Shown: positions 46,461 to 58,332, numbered from the stretch's first letter. The stretch: DNA of 64,000 nucleotides from Actinomycetes bacterium (GCA_021803025.1 JAJZQV010000003.1:20634-84633); one strand, 5' to 3'. Program-made: numbers and translations. Notes: generated by a model not told the origin, from the letters alone.

Positions 46461-46564
46461 CCTGGTGCGGTTTACCACGTTAACCTGGGGAACCGGATGT
46501 TCTCATGGCAGATCTGCCATGAGAACATCCGGTTTGCCCACTTATCATGGTGAACCGCAGCACC
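46461..46564. repeat. ~104-bp palindromic element with perfect 40-bp core
   Basis: Core 46493-46532 is CCGGATGTTCTCATGGCAGA|TCTGCCATGAGAACATCCGG. The 32-nt flanks are 21/32 self-complementary by hand alignment. It lies between the convergent pncA and malQ genes. Confidence 0.85.
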
Positions 46565-46609
46565 CCTAACGGCGCGGGCGGTCCGGGGCGGAGGATTCGC
46601 GGACTGACC

Positions 46610-48760
46610 TCACACGTCCGGGGAGGACGTGTCCCGGGCAAGGAAGCCGTTCATCACGTCGCTGAGGCGGCGCACCCTGTCTGAGTCGTACAGGTCCTCG
46701 AGGTACAGGCGCTCACCGTCCGGGCCGCCCAGCGGCACGCGCCAGTTGGGGTACTCGTCGATCGTGCCCGGCTGGTTCTGCGTGCGCCGCTCGCCGGCCG
46801 CGTCCGTGAGCGCGACGCACAGCACGCGCGCGGGCGTCCACGTGAGGAACCGGTGCAGGGCCAGGGTCACGTCCTCGGTCTCGCGGTCCCGGGGCGACAG
46901 CGCACCCCGCTCCTCGAGCATGCCGAGGACGGCCGACTGCTCGCGGGCGTCCGCCTCGATCTCGGAGTCGAGCGACTCGGTGAGCAGCCCGAGCTGGTAC
47001 CGCAGCCGGACATGGTCGTGCGCGAGATACCCGGCGGTCGGCGGAAGGTCGTGCGTTGTGACGGAGGCCATGCAGTACTCGCGCCACCACTCGGGCGCCA
47101 GCGGCTTCCCCTCGTGGTCGTACTCGAACCACAGGATCGACGTACCCAGGATGCCGCGTCGGCGCAGGTAGTCGCGTGCCCACGGCTCGACCGTGCCGAG
47201 GTCCTCGCCGATCACGAGGGCACCTGCCCGGTGCGCCTCGAGCGCCAGGATCCCGACGAGGGCCTCGTGGTCGTAGCGCACGTACGCGCCCTGCTGCGGC
47301 CCGTACCCCTGCGGGATCCACCAGAGCCGGAACAGCCCGATGATGTGGTCCACCCGGACGCCCCCCGAGTGCCGCAGGATCCCGGCGACCATCGAGCGGA
47401 ACGGGGCGTACGCGAGGTCCGCGAGCCGGTCGGGACGCCACGGCGGCTGGCCCCAGTTCTGTCCCGACTGGTTGTACGGGTCGGGCGGCGCGCCCACGGT
47501 CACGCCGTTCGCGAAGACCGAGTGGAGCGCCCAGGTCTCGGCCCCGTCCGCGTTCACCCCGACGGCGAGGTCGGACACGACACCGATCGCCATCCCCGCG
47601 TCCTTGGCCGCCTGCTGGGCACTGGACAGCTGGGTGTCGGCGATCCACTGCAGCCACATGTAGAACGTGACGAGGTCGCTGTGCCGGGCGGCGAAGTCGC
47701 CGACCTCCGGCGAGGCGGGCCGCTGCAGCGACTCCGGCCAGGACCGCCAGCTGCGCCCGTACGTCTCGCTGAGTGCGCACCACGTCGCGAAGTCCCGCAG
47801 CTGGCGACCCTCCCGACGCTGGAAGTCCTCGAACGCCATCTGCCGGGCGGCCTTGCGCCCGGCCCGGAACACGAGCTCGAGCGCCTCGCGCTTGGCGTCC
47901 CACGCGTCGTCGCGCTCGACCCGTACAGAGCCGGCCAGGTCCGCGACGAGCTCCCGGCGCGTCTCGTCGACCGCGGCGCGGTCCTTCGCCGAGAGCGACG
48001 CGTACTCGGGGATCGCCTCGGGCCGGATGTACAGCGGGCTGACGTAGCGCCGGCTCGACGGCAGGTACGGCGACGGCTCCATGGGCGGCACGGGCTGGGC
48101 GGCGTGCAGCGGGTTGATGAGCACGTACGACGCGAAGTGTCTCGTCGCGCTCCAGATGGCCAGGTCTGCGAGGTCGGTGAGGTCGCCGACTCCCCACGAG
48201 TCGCGGGAGGAGACCGAGTAGAGCTGCGTCGCGAAGCCCCAGATCCGCTTGTTCCCCATCTGCCGGGGGAACCCGAGCCACGTCGGAGTGACGACGAGCG
48301 ACGACTCGACCTCGTGGTCCTCGGAGCGCAGGACGAGCCGGTGGTAGCCGAGTGGCAGCTCGGCGGGCGTGACGAACGTGGCCTCGCCGAGCCACTGACC
48401 GTCGATCTCGCGGTCGGGCTCCCCGTTGTCCACCTGCCTCGCCTCGACGGTGCCGCCGTCCTCCAGCCGTACGAAGACGTGGGCGCCCGCCCCGGCCCCC
48501 ACGTGGACCGGGAAGGTCTTGCTCTGGCCCTGCTCGACGACGATGCACGGCGGCAGGGCGCGCTGCCACTGGCGGGTGCGGTGCGCCTCCACCGCGGCAC
48601 GTGCCTTCTCGGGGGTCGACGCGTCGACGTCGAACGCGCTGAGGACTGCGACCACCGACGCGTCGTCGACCTCGGTGTGGTTACCCTTCCAGTCCCAGAA
48701 CTCCGTGCTGATCCGGTACAGCCCGGAGAGCTCCCGGAGTGCGGGGTCAGTCAGGGGCAT
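46610..48760 (-). CDS. malQ: 4-alpha-glucanotransferase (amylomaltase, long actinobacterial form)
   Basis: PSPYLPSSRRYVSPLYI, GVVSDLAVGV, VRVDHIIGLFRLWWIP, IGEDLGTV. ATG 48760 is preferred over the ORF-track start 48856. Confidence 0.9.
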   Translation of the reverse strand: MPLTDPALRELSGLYRISTEFWDWKGNHTEVDDASVVAVLSAFDVDASTPEKARAAVEAHRTRQWQRALPPCIVVEQGQSKTFPVHVGAGAGAHVFVRLEDGGTVEARQVDNGEPDREIDGQWLGEATFVTPAELPLGYHRLVLRSEDHEVESSLVVTPTWLGFPRQMGNKRIWGFATQLYSVSSRDSWGVGDLTDLADLAIWSATRHFASYVLINPLHAAQPVPPMEPSPYLPSSRRYVSPLYIRPEAIPEYASLSAKDRAAVDETRRELVADLAGSVRVERDDAWDAKREALELVFRAGRKAARQMAFEDFQRREGRQLRDFATWCALSETYGRSWRSWPESLQRPASPEVGDFAARHSDLVTFYMWLQWIADTQLSSAQQAAKDAGMAIGVVSDLAVGVNADGAETWALHSVFANGVTVGAPPDPYNQSGQNWGQPPWRPDRLADLAYAPFRSMVAGILRHSGGVRVDHIIGLFRLWWIPQGYGPQQGAYVRYDHEALVGILALEAHRAGALVIGEDLGTVEPWARDYLRRRGILGTSILWFEYDHEGKPLAPEWWREYCMASVTTHDLPPTAGYLAHDHVRLRYQLGLLTESLDSEIEADAREQSAVLGMLEERGALSPRDRETEDVTLALHRFLTWTPARVLCVALTDAAGERRTQNQPGTIDEYPNWRVPLGGPDGERLYLEDLYDSDRVRRLSDVMNGFLARDTSSPDV

Positions 48761-48987
48761 GAGAGCTCTTCCACGAGGTCGTACGGCGTCAGGACCAGCC
48801 TTCCAGCGGACACGGGACGAGGCAAGCGCAGCGAGGTCCACGGCGGGTGCCGTCACGCGGGTCCCGACGAGGTATCAGAGCGCCGCACCCGACTGGGCGT
48901 GGTGGGTCTGCGCGGGGATCGTCGTCCTGGGCTGTCTCGTCGGCGGCCTCATGCTCGCTCTCGTCTAGCGTCGCCCGGTCCGGCGGG

Positions 48988-49764
48988 TCAGCTCCGGCGG
49001 ACCACCTGGGTACGGGCCAGGAGGTCGGGCAGGCTCTGGCGCTTCGGGTGCCACAGGACCATCGAGATGCTGACGGCGTTGACGGCGAGGAACAGGCCGC
49101 CGCCCTGGGAGAGGAGCGTCCAGGCCAGCGACCGGGCGAGCCCCCGGCTCCATCCCACCTTGTCCGCGTGCTTGTCGACGGGGCAGACCGCGATTCCTGC
49201 GACCCGCTGGCCCAGCGTGCGGGACCAGACCCCCAGGCAGACGACCCCGTACGCGACGGTGGCGACGATGACCGCGTACGTCATGAGCATGAGCAGGTGG
49301 CTCAGGTCGTCGGGCAGCGTGCTCTGACCGCCGACCAGGACATCGTCGTAGAGGACCTGCATGCCCGACACCACCCGGTTCTGAAAGTCGTGGATGACGA
49401 CGGACATCACGGCGGTGATGACGAACGACACGAGCAGGTTGTCGATGATCGTGGCGACGACCCGCCGGCCGAACGACGCCAGACCGGTCGCGGCAGCGGC
49501 GGCGACGATGGGCTGTACGTGGGTGGTCGCGGGCCGGACCACGGGCCGGAACCCGACGTGGACCTGTGACGCGGGGGCACCTGGCGAGGATGCGCCGTGG
49601 GTGCCGGAGGGACGGGTGCCGCCGGGCGACGGGGCGGATGCGTCCGCGAGCCGGACCTGGTCGGACCAGGCAACCCCGTTCCACCACCGCTGCCGGCCGG
49701 GATCGGCCGGGTCCCGGTACCACCCGGGGGGCGGCACGGGCTGGCTGCTGGGGGGTTCGGTCAC
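48988..49764 (-). CDS. RDD-family membrane protein with N-terminal DUF2510-like motif
   Basis: PPGWYRDPADPGRQRWWNGVAWSDQV followed by an RDD-type polytopic domain (GRRVVATIIDNLL.., SLPDLLARTQVV). Confidence 0.75.
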   Translation of the reverse strand: MTEPPSSQPVPPPGWYRDPADPGRQRWWNGVAWSDQVRLADASAPSPGGTRPSGTHGASSPGAPASQVHVGFRPVVRPATTHVQPIVAAAAATGLASFGRRVVATIIDNLLVSFVITAVMSVVIHDFQNRVVSGMQVLYDDVLVGGQSTLPDDLSHLLMLMTYAVIVATVAYGVVCLGVWSRTLGQRVAGIAVCPVDKHADKVGWSRGLARSLAWTLLSQGGGLFLAVNAVSISMVLWHPKRQSLPDLLARTQVVRRS

Positions 49765-49910
49765 GTGTCAAGTCTGCCCTATCCGCAGGAGAGGTCTCTT
49801 ACTCATCACGTGCTGTCGCGATACCAGCGAGTACGATCCCCTGCGGGGGATAGGCAACGGGGGGGAGCACAGCTCCTTCCGGCCTGCGCCTTCGCCGAAG
49901 CCGTGTTCCG

Positions 49911-51107
49911 GTGGACATCTCGAGGAAGCAGCACGTGGACAAGATCGGTCGCTACCGACTGACCCAGCGCATCGGCGCCGGGGCCTTCGCGACCGTGTGG
50001 AAGGCCCGCGACGACGAGCTCGACGTCGACGTCTCGGTCAAGATCCTCGCGGACAACTGGGCAGACAACGACGACGTCCGGAGCCGCTTCCTCGCCGAGG
50101 CCAAGCTGCTGCGGCGCATCCAGGACGAGCGCATCGTCAGGGTGTACGACATCGGCACGCTGCCGGACGGACGTCCCTACTTCGTCATGGACTACGCGAA
50201 CGGCGGGTCGCTGGAACAGCTTCGCAAGCAGCCGGTCGAGCCTGGCCGGGTGCTCCGGCTCTGCGCCGAGGCGGCGCGTGCGCTCGAGGTCCTGCACCGC
50301 CACCGGATCATCCACCGCGACGTCACGCCCAGCAACATCCTCCTCGACCACTCCGAGACGCAGGGGCTGCGGGTCATGCTCGCCGACCTCGGCGTGGCCA
50401 AGAAGATGGTCGACCGGATGGGCGCCACGATGACGGCGGGCACACCAGCCTACATGGCCCTCGAGCAGGCGACCGGGTCCCCGTTCGACGCACGCGCGGA
50501 CATCTACTCGATCGGCGCCGTCACGTACGCCCTGCTGTCGGGCAAGCCGCCGTTCCCGGTCAAGACGCTCGCCGACCTCCTCAGCCGCAACCCGGCGGTC
50601 GGTCCGGCTCCGATCGCCGACCGCGTGGGTGCTCCCCGGTCGCTCGACGATGTCCTCGCCTCGGCGCTGTCCCCCGACCCGGGAGCACGCCCGCAGACCG
50701 CAGAAGCCCTGGCGTTCGCGCTCGACCAGCTCGCGGACACCCTCCCGGGGGGCCAGACGTACAGGCCGCGGCCGCTGCCCCCGGCCGGAGGCTCGGTGCT
50801 GCGTCCAGCCTTGCCCACGCCCTTCTCGACGCCGTCGAGCTTCATCTCGGGCCTTGGACCGGCCCCGGGGATGTCGGGTGCTGCCTCGATGGTCTCCCTT
50901 CCTCCGGACTCGTACTACACGGCGGCCCCGGCCTCGATGACCTACGAGACGCCGACCAGCGTGCTCGCCAGCTACATCCCGGAGGCGGAGTACCAGCCCG
51001 CCCCCGTCGCGGAGAGCCACTCCCCTCTGTTCTGGGTGTGGGTCGTCCTGTCGGCCGTCGCGCTGTTCTTCCTGACGCTGATGATCACGATCTGGATCTC
51101 CGGCTGA
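49911..51107 (+). CDS. Ser/Thr protein kinase with C-terminal membrane anchor
   Basis: GAGAFATVWKA, VKIL, HRDVTPSNILL, DLGVA, TPAYMALE. A Pro/Ser-rich linker and a terminal TM helix (FWVWVVLSAVALFFLTLMITIWI) follow. Confidence 0.9.
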   Translation: MDISRKQHVDKIGRYRLTQRIGAGAFATVWKARDDELDVDVSVKILADNWADNDDVRSRFLAEAKLLRRIQDERIVRVYDIGTLPDGRPYFVMDYANGGSLEQLRKQPVEPGRVLRLCAEAARALEVLHRHRIIHRDVTPSNILLDHSETQGLRVMLADLGVAKKMVDRMGATMTAGTPAYMALEQATGSPFDARADIYSIGAVTYALLSGKPPFPVKTLADLLSRNPAVGPAPIADRVGAPRSLDDVLASALSPDPGARPQTAEALAFALDQLADTLPGGQTYRPRPLPPAGGSVLRPALPTPFSTPSSFISGLGPAPGMSGAASMVSLPPDSYYTAAPASMTYETPTSVLASYIPEAEYQPAPVAESHSPLFWVWVVLSAVALFFLTLMITIWISG

Positions 51108-51132
51108 CGCGTCGCCCGCCTAGACTCGGGGC

Positions 51133-51414
51133 GTGAGCACCACTCCGCAGACCCAGCGAGCGCCCGGCGCACAGACCGTCACCGATGAGCGCACCCTGCC
51201 GCGCCTCGACGACGGAGACCACGAGCGGTTCGCCCACTACGTCGCGAAGCGCACGCTGACGGAGGCCATGGTCATGGGCACTCCCGTCGTCGCCCTCTGC
51301 GGCAAGGTGTGGGTGCCGAGCCGCAACCCCGAGAAGTTCCCCGTCTGCCCCGAGTGCAAGGAGATCTGGGAGGCGCACCCGGAGGGTCCCTCCTCGAACG
51401 AACCCGACGCCTGA
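51133..51414 (+). CDS. DUF3039-like protein
   Basis: DHERFAHYV...ALCGKVWVPSRNPEKFPVCPECKEIW. 93 aa. Confidence 0.75.
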   Translation: MSTTPQTQRAPGAQTVTDERTLPRLDDGDHERFAHYVAKRTLTEAMVMGTPVVALCGKVWVPSRNPEKFPVCPECKEIWEAHPEGPSSNEPDA

Positions 51415-51530
51415 GTGACGTGCTGCGCCTGGCGCACCGATCTACGAGCGCATCTTCCCCGGTCGTGGACGCTGCTGACGAGGGACCTGCTGGGCGAGCC
51501 GACGTGACGCGACGGGACGCACCCGGCGGG

Positions 51531-52910
51531 TCAGGACTCGTCGGTCCAGCGCGGCTCGGGCGAGCGTCCGTACCAGTAGCCACCCGGCGCGAAGAGCCGG
51601 TCGACGACCGACGTGAGCAGGCCCGCCTCCTGGAGCGTGTCGAGGATCGTGTAGCGGGTACGGATCGTCTGAGCACGGAGGTACGTGATGCGCAGCTCCT
51701 CCAGGGAGATGCCGATCTGGCTCGGGTGGTGGATCGCGCCGACCCTGCCGAGGATGTCCTCGACCTCGGACGCGGGCATGAGCTGCTGAGCGAGGCGGAA
51801 CCTCAGCTCGGGCCAGACGCGCTTGAGCGTCTCGAGGCGCGCCCTCGCCTCTTCGCGGCTCAGGTACTTGGCGGCGGACTCCCGCACGGCCGACTCGCGG
51901 ATGACCGCCACCGGCTGCAGCGCCTCCACGCGGGCGCGGTCCTCCTCGGGGGTCGGCCAGCTGCGCAGCCGGTGCTCCACGTTGAGCGACGAGAGGTCGA
52001 GGCCCAGGACGACCTCGTACAGCGCGCACATCGCGAGCGTGCCGAGGCCCACCTTGAAACCGTGCGAGAGCGGGATGGCCCAGTCGCGTCCGTACCCTTC
52101 CATCTCCCACTGGTGGCTGAAGTAGTGCCCCGCGCCGGAGGCCGGCCGGGACGTGCCGTGGACCTGGATGGCCAGGCCCGACATCTGGAGACCCTCGCTG
52201 AGCGCCGCGACCGCCTCGATGTCGCCGCGCCGCAGCCCGTCCGGGTCGGCGATCGCGTCCTGGAGCGGGCCCTGGACGAGGTCCCAGACGTCCCAGTCGA
52301 CGGCCTCGACCCCGAGAGCGTCCGCGACCATCCAGTCCGCGCCCGCCGGCACCTTCTCGAAGAGGTCCCCGAGCCCGGTGGCCGTGAGCCGGCTGGGCGC
52401 GGCCGCCATGACATCGATCGGTGCCACGACGGCGATGGGCGCCCGGCACGGGACCGTGCTCTTGACACCCTTGACCGTGATCGCCGCGCCCTCCGCGGTG
52501 TAGCCGTCGACGGAGGCCGCGGTGCAGACCGACAGGTACGGGCGGCCCAGGAGGTGGCTGGCGTTCTTGACGATGTCGTTCATCGAGCCCGAGCCCACAG
52601 AGACCGCGGCGGCATCCGTCGCGGCGAGGATGTCGCGGACCCGGAGCACCATGGCGTCGTCGGCGAACAGCACCGGCCGCCCGGGGAAGATCACCGGCTC
52701 GTCGAGGTCCACGCCCGCTGCGCGCAACGACTCCTGGGCACCGGGCCCGGCCGCCGCCCACGTGTTCTCGTCGGCGACGATGACCGCACGCATACCGGGG
52801 AGGTGCTCGACGAAGGTCGCGCCGGTGAGCCCCAGCGCGCCGACGCCCATCACGACTGCCTGTGTCTGGTCGGCACCGGCGAGTGCGGTCTCGATCCTGC
52901 TCGTCGTCAT
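51531..52910 (-). CDS. sn-glycerol-1-phosphate dehydrogenase-like (AraM/EgsA, DHQS-like iron-ADH superfamily) with C-terminal extension
   Basis: VSVGSGSMNDIVK, CTAASVDGY, GLGDLFEK, SHQWEMEG, HGFKVGLG. ATG 52910 was chosen; an in-frame upstream ATG at 53015 is possible. Confidence 0.7.
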   Translation of the reverse strand: MTTSRIETALAGADQTQAVVMGVGALGLTGATFVEHLPGMRAVIVADENTWAAAGPGAQESLRAAGVDLDEPVIFPGRPVLFADDAMVLRVRDILAATDAAAVSVGSGSMNDIVKNASHLLGRPYLSVCTAASVDGYTAEGAAITVKGVKSTVPCRAPIAVVAPIDVMAAAPSRLTATGLGDLFEKVPAGADWMVADALGVEAVDWDVWDLVQGPLQDAIADPDGLRRGDIEAVAALSEGLQMSGLAIQVHGTSRPASGAGHYFSHQWEMEGYGRDWAIPLSHGFKVGLGTLAMCALYEVVLGLDLSSLNVEHRLRSWPTPEEDRARVEALQPVAVIRESAVRESAAKYLSREEARARLETLKRVWPELRFRLAQQLMPASEVEDILGRVGAIHHPSQIGISLEELRITYLRAQTIRTRYTILDTLQEAGLLTSVVDRLFAPGGYWYGRSPEPRWTDES

Positions 52911-53152
52911 GGCAGGGACTGAAGATGAACTGCTGCGCACCGCCCGATCCTCGCATCCGTTCCGGCGAGTGCCGCCGTGGATGTCGGCGAAGGCCATGAG
53001 TTTCACGAGTTCCACGTCGCGGGGGCGCGAAGACCCGTGCGTCCGACATGATGCTTCCGCAGACTCGGGATGAGTGACGGGTCGTCAGGGCGCGCTGAAG
53101 ACGTTCACCTTCCCCGGCTAGAGTGCTGGCCAGAGTCGAGCAAAGGGGAGAC

Positions 53153-53653
53153 ATGGCGCTCACCGTCGTGTGGATGAGGCATGGCAAGTCGTCGTGGGAC
53201 CACCAACAGCATGTCACCGACGAGCGGCGAGAGCTCGCGCCCCGCGGACGGGCGAACGCCAACGCTGCGGGTGCCCTGCTCGCCAGCCGGGGCGTCGCGT
53301 TCGACGTCGTCATCCTCTCCCCCGCCGAGCGCGCGCGTCAGACGTGGGAGAACGTCTCCGAGGCAGGTGTGACCGCCGGAGAGGTCCGCGAGGAGGTGGA
53401 CGTGTACGAGGGGGACGCCGAGACGATCGTCCGGCTCGTCGCCGGCACGGATGCCCGCAGCGTCCTCGTCATCGGCCACGAGCCGACGATCAGCGAGGCC
53501 GTCGAGCTGTGCGCGACACGGGAGCGGACCAAGCCGTGGGCGGCCTTCGACATCAAGTACCCGACGTCGGCGCTGGCCACCGTCGAAGCCGCCAGTGGCG
53601 ACGACCTCGTCGCCGGCAAGGGCCGGCTCGTCGACTTCGTCGTCCCGCGGTAG
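53153..53653 (+). CDS. Histidine phosphatase family protein (SixA-like)
   Basis: GGGGAG lies before ATG 53153. VVWMRHGKS (RHG motif) and VIGHEPT. Confidence 0.8.
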   Translation: MALTVVWMRHGKSSWDHQQHVTDERRELAPRGRANANAAGALLASRGVAFDVVILSPAERARQTWENVSEAGVTAGEVREEVDVYEGDAETIVRLVAGTDARSVLVIGHEPTISEAVELCATRERTKPWAAFDIKYPTSALATVEAASGDDLVAGKGRLVDFVVPR

Positions 53654-53681
53654 CGCTCCGGGGACCGGACCCCCTACGAGG

Positions 53682-55157
<1,476 letters not shown>

Positions 55158-55218
55158 GGGGCGGATCATACCTGGCCGCGACCGGGTCTCACCGATCACG
55201 GGCACCGCCCGCTCCGCG

Positions 55219-55647
55219 TCAGGCCTGGGCCGCGAGGTGGGTGAGCGCGAGGTCATACCCTCCCAGGCCGAGGCCGACGATGACGCCGGTGACGTACGGG
55301 GACACCACCGAGTGGCGCCGGAACTCCTCCCGCGCGTGCACGTTGGAGATGTGGACCTCGATGACCTTCTCGACCTGGACGACGGCGTCGGCGATCGCGA
55401 TGGAGTAGTGCGTCCAGCCGGCCGGGTTGATGACGACCGGGACTTTCTGCTCGGCGGCCTCGTGGAGCCAGCCGATCATCTCGTGCTCCGCGTCGGTCTG
55501 ACGGACCTCGACCTCCAGTCCCAGGCCCACGCCCGTCCCCACGAGGTGCTCGGCCAGCTGGGCGTACGTCACGTGCCCGTAGATGGCCGGCTCCCTCTTG
55601 CCGAGCTGGCCGAGGTTGGGTCCGTTGAGGACCAGCACGCGCGTCAT
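55219..55647 (-). CDS. aroQ: Type II 3-dehydroquinate dehydratase
   Basis: [48 protein letters not shown]. An alternative ATG is at 55656. Confidence 0.9.
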   Translation of the reverse strand: MTRVLVLNGPNLGQLGKREPAIYGHVTYAQLAEHLVGTGVGLGLEVEVRQTDAEHEMIGWLHEAAEQKVPVVINPAGWTHYSIAIADAVVQVEKVIEVHISNVHAREEFRRHSVVSPYVTGVIVGLGLGGYDLALTHLAAQA

Positions 55648-55690
55648 GGGCGACATCCTGCCAAACCCGGTGCCGCGACCGCCATGACGC

Positions 55691-56707
55691 TCAGAGTGTC
55701 GCGGACAACCCGAGCGAGAGGTACGCGGCTCCGTACAGGCCCTTGAGCAGCAGCACCGCGTAACGCTCGACGTCGTTCCCGGCGTCGTGCTGCACGACCC
55801 GGACCCGTACGTCGTGCCGTTCCGCCATGGCGAGCAACTGGCTCCTGGTCCGCAGGACGACCGGGTCGTCCGACGCGTCGTCGAGCACGATGAGGGTCGT
55901 GCAGAGCCCGTCGACTGGGTCGTCGAACGGGTCCGCGAACGGGTCGCGGCTGCGCGCCGCCTCGATGACGGGCACGAGGTCCTCGGCATCGGCGGCCAGC
56001 GCCGGCAGGCCGCTGGCCTCGCGCAGCGCCTCGGCGACGCGCCTCGAGGCGCGCGCGGCGAGCACGGACCCGCCCCAGACGAGCGGAAGGTCGTCGCCGA
56101 TCGTCAGCGCGAGGTCCTTCCCCGGGTTCGTCGCCAGGGTCTGGTGCGGCGAGCAGGCCTCGGCGACGGCGTCCATCGCGGCGGCCACACGCTCCCGGTG
56201 GACCTCCGGCCCCAGTCCGATGCGGCTCAGCCCGTCGAGGACGACGATGGCGGCCGCGAGCGGGTCGCCCGTACGGGTCTCGATGATCGTCGTGGACGGT
56301 CCCGCCGCCTGCTCGGCCACGGGAGATCCCTCGGGACAGGCGACGATGACACCGGCCCCCCTGCGCACGGCCTCCGCGATCGTGGTGCTGACGTCCGGGT
56401 CGTACGTCTTGTCGGTGAGCACGATGACGAGGTCGAGCGGGCCCACCCAGGCCGGCAGCGCGTGCATGGGCCAGGCCACGAACGGTACCGGGCAGGAGGG
56501 CTCGAGAACTGCCCGGATGAGGCGCGCCTCGGGCCCGGACGCGATCACCGCGCGCGGGCGGAACGGGTCGCCCATCTCACCCAGCCTCGACAGGTCGGCC
56601 TGGCCGGACTCGATCCGCAGCCGGGCACCGGCCTGAGCCAGGTACCGCAGTGGCGCGTCGACGGCGAGGAGGGCCTCAGGATCCTCGAGCCGCGAGTCGT
56701 CGAACAC
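55691..56707 (-). CDS. SIS-like / TobH-like conserved actinobacterial protein (Rv3256c-type neighbour of manB)
   Basis: 338-aa ORF in the conserved position between Trm112/manB and ahcY. No catalytic motifs recognised. Confidence 0.6.
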   Translation of the reverse strand: MFDDSRLEDPEALLAVDAPLRYLAQAGARLRIESGQADLSRLGEMGDPFRPRAVIASGPEARLIRAVLEPSCPVPFVAWPMHALPAWVGPLDLVIVLTDKTYDPDVSTTIAEAVRRGAGVIVACPEGSPVAEQAAGPSTTIIETRTGDPLAAAIVVLDGLSRIGLGPEVHRERVAAAMDAVAEACSPHQTLATNPGKDLALTIGDDLPLVWGGSVLAARASRRVAEALREASGLPALAADAEDLVPVIEAARSRDPFADPFDDPVDGLCTTLIVLDDASDDPVVLRTRSQLLAMAERHDVRVRVVQHDAGNDVERYAVLLLKGLYGAAYLSLGLSATL

Positions 56708-56710
56708 GGC

Positions 56711-56962
56711 TCACTCGTCCTCGTCGCGGGCGACGACGTGCGTCGCGTCGTCGTCGTGGTCTCCGGCCACCCCCGCCCGCTTGTGACCGGGGGCGCGTGC
56801 CTCGTCCACGAGCAGGATCGGGATCGAGTCCCTCACGGGGTAGGCGAGACCGCACTCTGGCTTCGCGCAGACCAGCTCGGAGGCCTCGTAGTCGACGACC
56901 AGCGACGAACGGCAGTTCGGACACGCGAGGATCCCCAGGAGGGCCTCGTTGAGCTGCGTCAT
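56711..56962 (-). CDS. Trm112-family zinc-ribbon protein
   Basis: LLGILACPNCRSSL..LVCAKPECGLAYPVRDSIPILLVDEA. Confidence 0.85.
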   Translation of the reverse strand: MTQLNEALLGILACPNCRSSLVVDYEASELVCAKPECGLAYPVRDSIPILLVDEARAPGHKRAGVAGDHDDDATHVVARDEDE

Positions 56963-58332
56963 GCTCTCTCCTCTCCACGGACGAGCCTGAGTGTCTCGTC
57001 ACGCCACGCCTCCATGGTGGCCCGGTCCGCCGCCTCCACGTTGAGCCGCAGCAGTGGCTCGGTATTGCTCGAGCGTAGGCTCACCCACCACCGCTCGCCA
57101 CGGACGACGAGGCCGTCCTCCCACGAGACGGTGCCACGGTCCGCGTAGGCCGCGGCGACCTTCTCCATCGTCGCCTGCTGGTCGTCGACGCGGGAGTTGA
57201 TCTCCCCCGACGCCACGTACCGCTCGTACGAGCGGGCGAGGGCCGACAACGGGACGTCGGCGTGGCCGAGCAGGCCGAGAACATGCAGTCCGGCGAGCAT
57301 GCCCGTGTCGGCGCCCCAGAAGTCACGGAAGTAGTAGTGGGCGGAGTGCTCGCCGCCGAAGATCGCGCCGTGCTCCGCCATGAGCGCCTTGACGTACGTG
57401 TGTCCGACCTTGCTGGTCACGAGGGTGCCGCCGTTCTCGGCCACGACCTCCGCGACGGAGCGCGAGGTGATCGTGTTGACGACGATGGTCGCGCCGGGCT
57501 CGCGGGCGAGCTCCGCGGACGCGATGAGCGCGGTGATGGTGGAGGGCGAGACCACGTGCCCGAGCTCGTCGATGACGAAGCACCGGTCGGCGTCGCCGTC
57601 GAAGACGAGTGCCAGATCCGCCCTGTTGTCCAGGACGGCCTTCTGGGCGTCGACGAGGTTCTGGGGCTCGAGCGGGTTCGGCTGGTGGTTGGGGAACGAG
57701 CCGTCGAGCTCGAGGAAGAGTCCGATCACGTCGACGTTGAGCGGTCCGAGGACGCTCGGGACGGTGTGGCCTGCCATGCCGTTGCCCGCGTCGACGACGA
57801 CCTTGAGACGACGGATGCCGTCGAGGTCCACGAGCGAGCGCAGGTACGAGCCGTACTCGCCGAGGATGTCCCGGGTGGTGACGGTCCCCGGCTCGGCGAC
57901 GGGAGCCGGTAGGCCGGCGGCGTCGTACGTCATGGCGAGCGTCCTGAGCTCGACGAGGAACTCGCTCGTCACGGGCTTCGCGCCCATGAGGCAGAACTTC
58001 GCGCCGTTGTAGCGGGCCGGGTTGTGGGAGGCCGTGAACTGGACGCCGGGAAGACCCAGGTGGCCGGACGCGAACCAGAGGCCATCGGTCGACGCGAGGC
58101 CGACGTCCACCACGGAGGCACCGCCCTCGGTCGCACCACGGGCGAAGGCCTTCGACAGCTCCGGACCGCTCGTGCGCATGTCTCGGCTCATGACGAACGT
58201 CTCACCCGCGAGCCCGGCGATGTCGACGTACGCTCGGCCCAGCGCGCGAGCGCCGTCCACGTCCCACTCCGCCTCAGGGCCGCCGACGATTCCTCGGATG
58301 TCGTTGGCCTTGAAGATCGGAGTCGTCAGCAC
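56959..58332 (-). CDS. manB: Phosphomannomutase/phosphoglucomutase
   Basis: IFKANDIRGIV, FTASHNPARYNGAKF (phosphoserine loop), DGDADR, GGEHSAHYYF. GTG 58332 was chosen; the ORF-track N-terminal extension looks non-native. Confidence 0.88.
   Translation of the reverse strand: MLTTPIFKANDIRGIVGGPEAEWDVDGARALGRAYVDIAGLAGETFVMSRDMRTSGPELSKAFARGATEGGASVVDVGLASTDGLWFASGHLGLPGVQFTASHNPARYNGAKFCLMGAKPVTSEFLVELRTLAMTYDAAGLPAPVAEPGTVTTRDILGEYGSYLRSLVDLDGIRRLKVVVDAGNGMAGHTVPSVLGPLNVDVIGLFLELDGSFPNHQPNPLEPQNLVDAQKAVLDNRADLALVFDGDADRCFVIDELGHVVSPSTITALIASAELAREPGATIVVNTITSRSVAEVVAENGGTLVTSKVGHTYVKALMAEHGAIFGGEHSAHYYFRDFWGADTGMLAGLHVLGLLGHADVPLSALARSYERYVASGEINSRVDDQQATMEKVAAAYADRGTVSWEDGLVVRGERWWVSLRSSNTEPLLRLNVEAADRATMEAWRDETLRLVRGEERA

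Noticed and set aside
55158-55218. Possible SAH riboswitch upstream of ahcY
   Set aside because: Only 61 nt separate aroQ and ahcY, and I could not recognise the conserved SAH-element core. The gap is too short for the full motif unless it extends into aroQ coding sequence.
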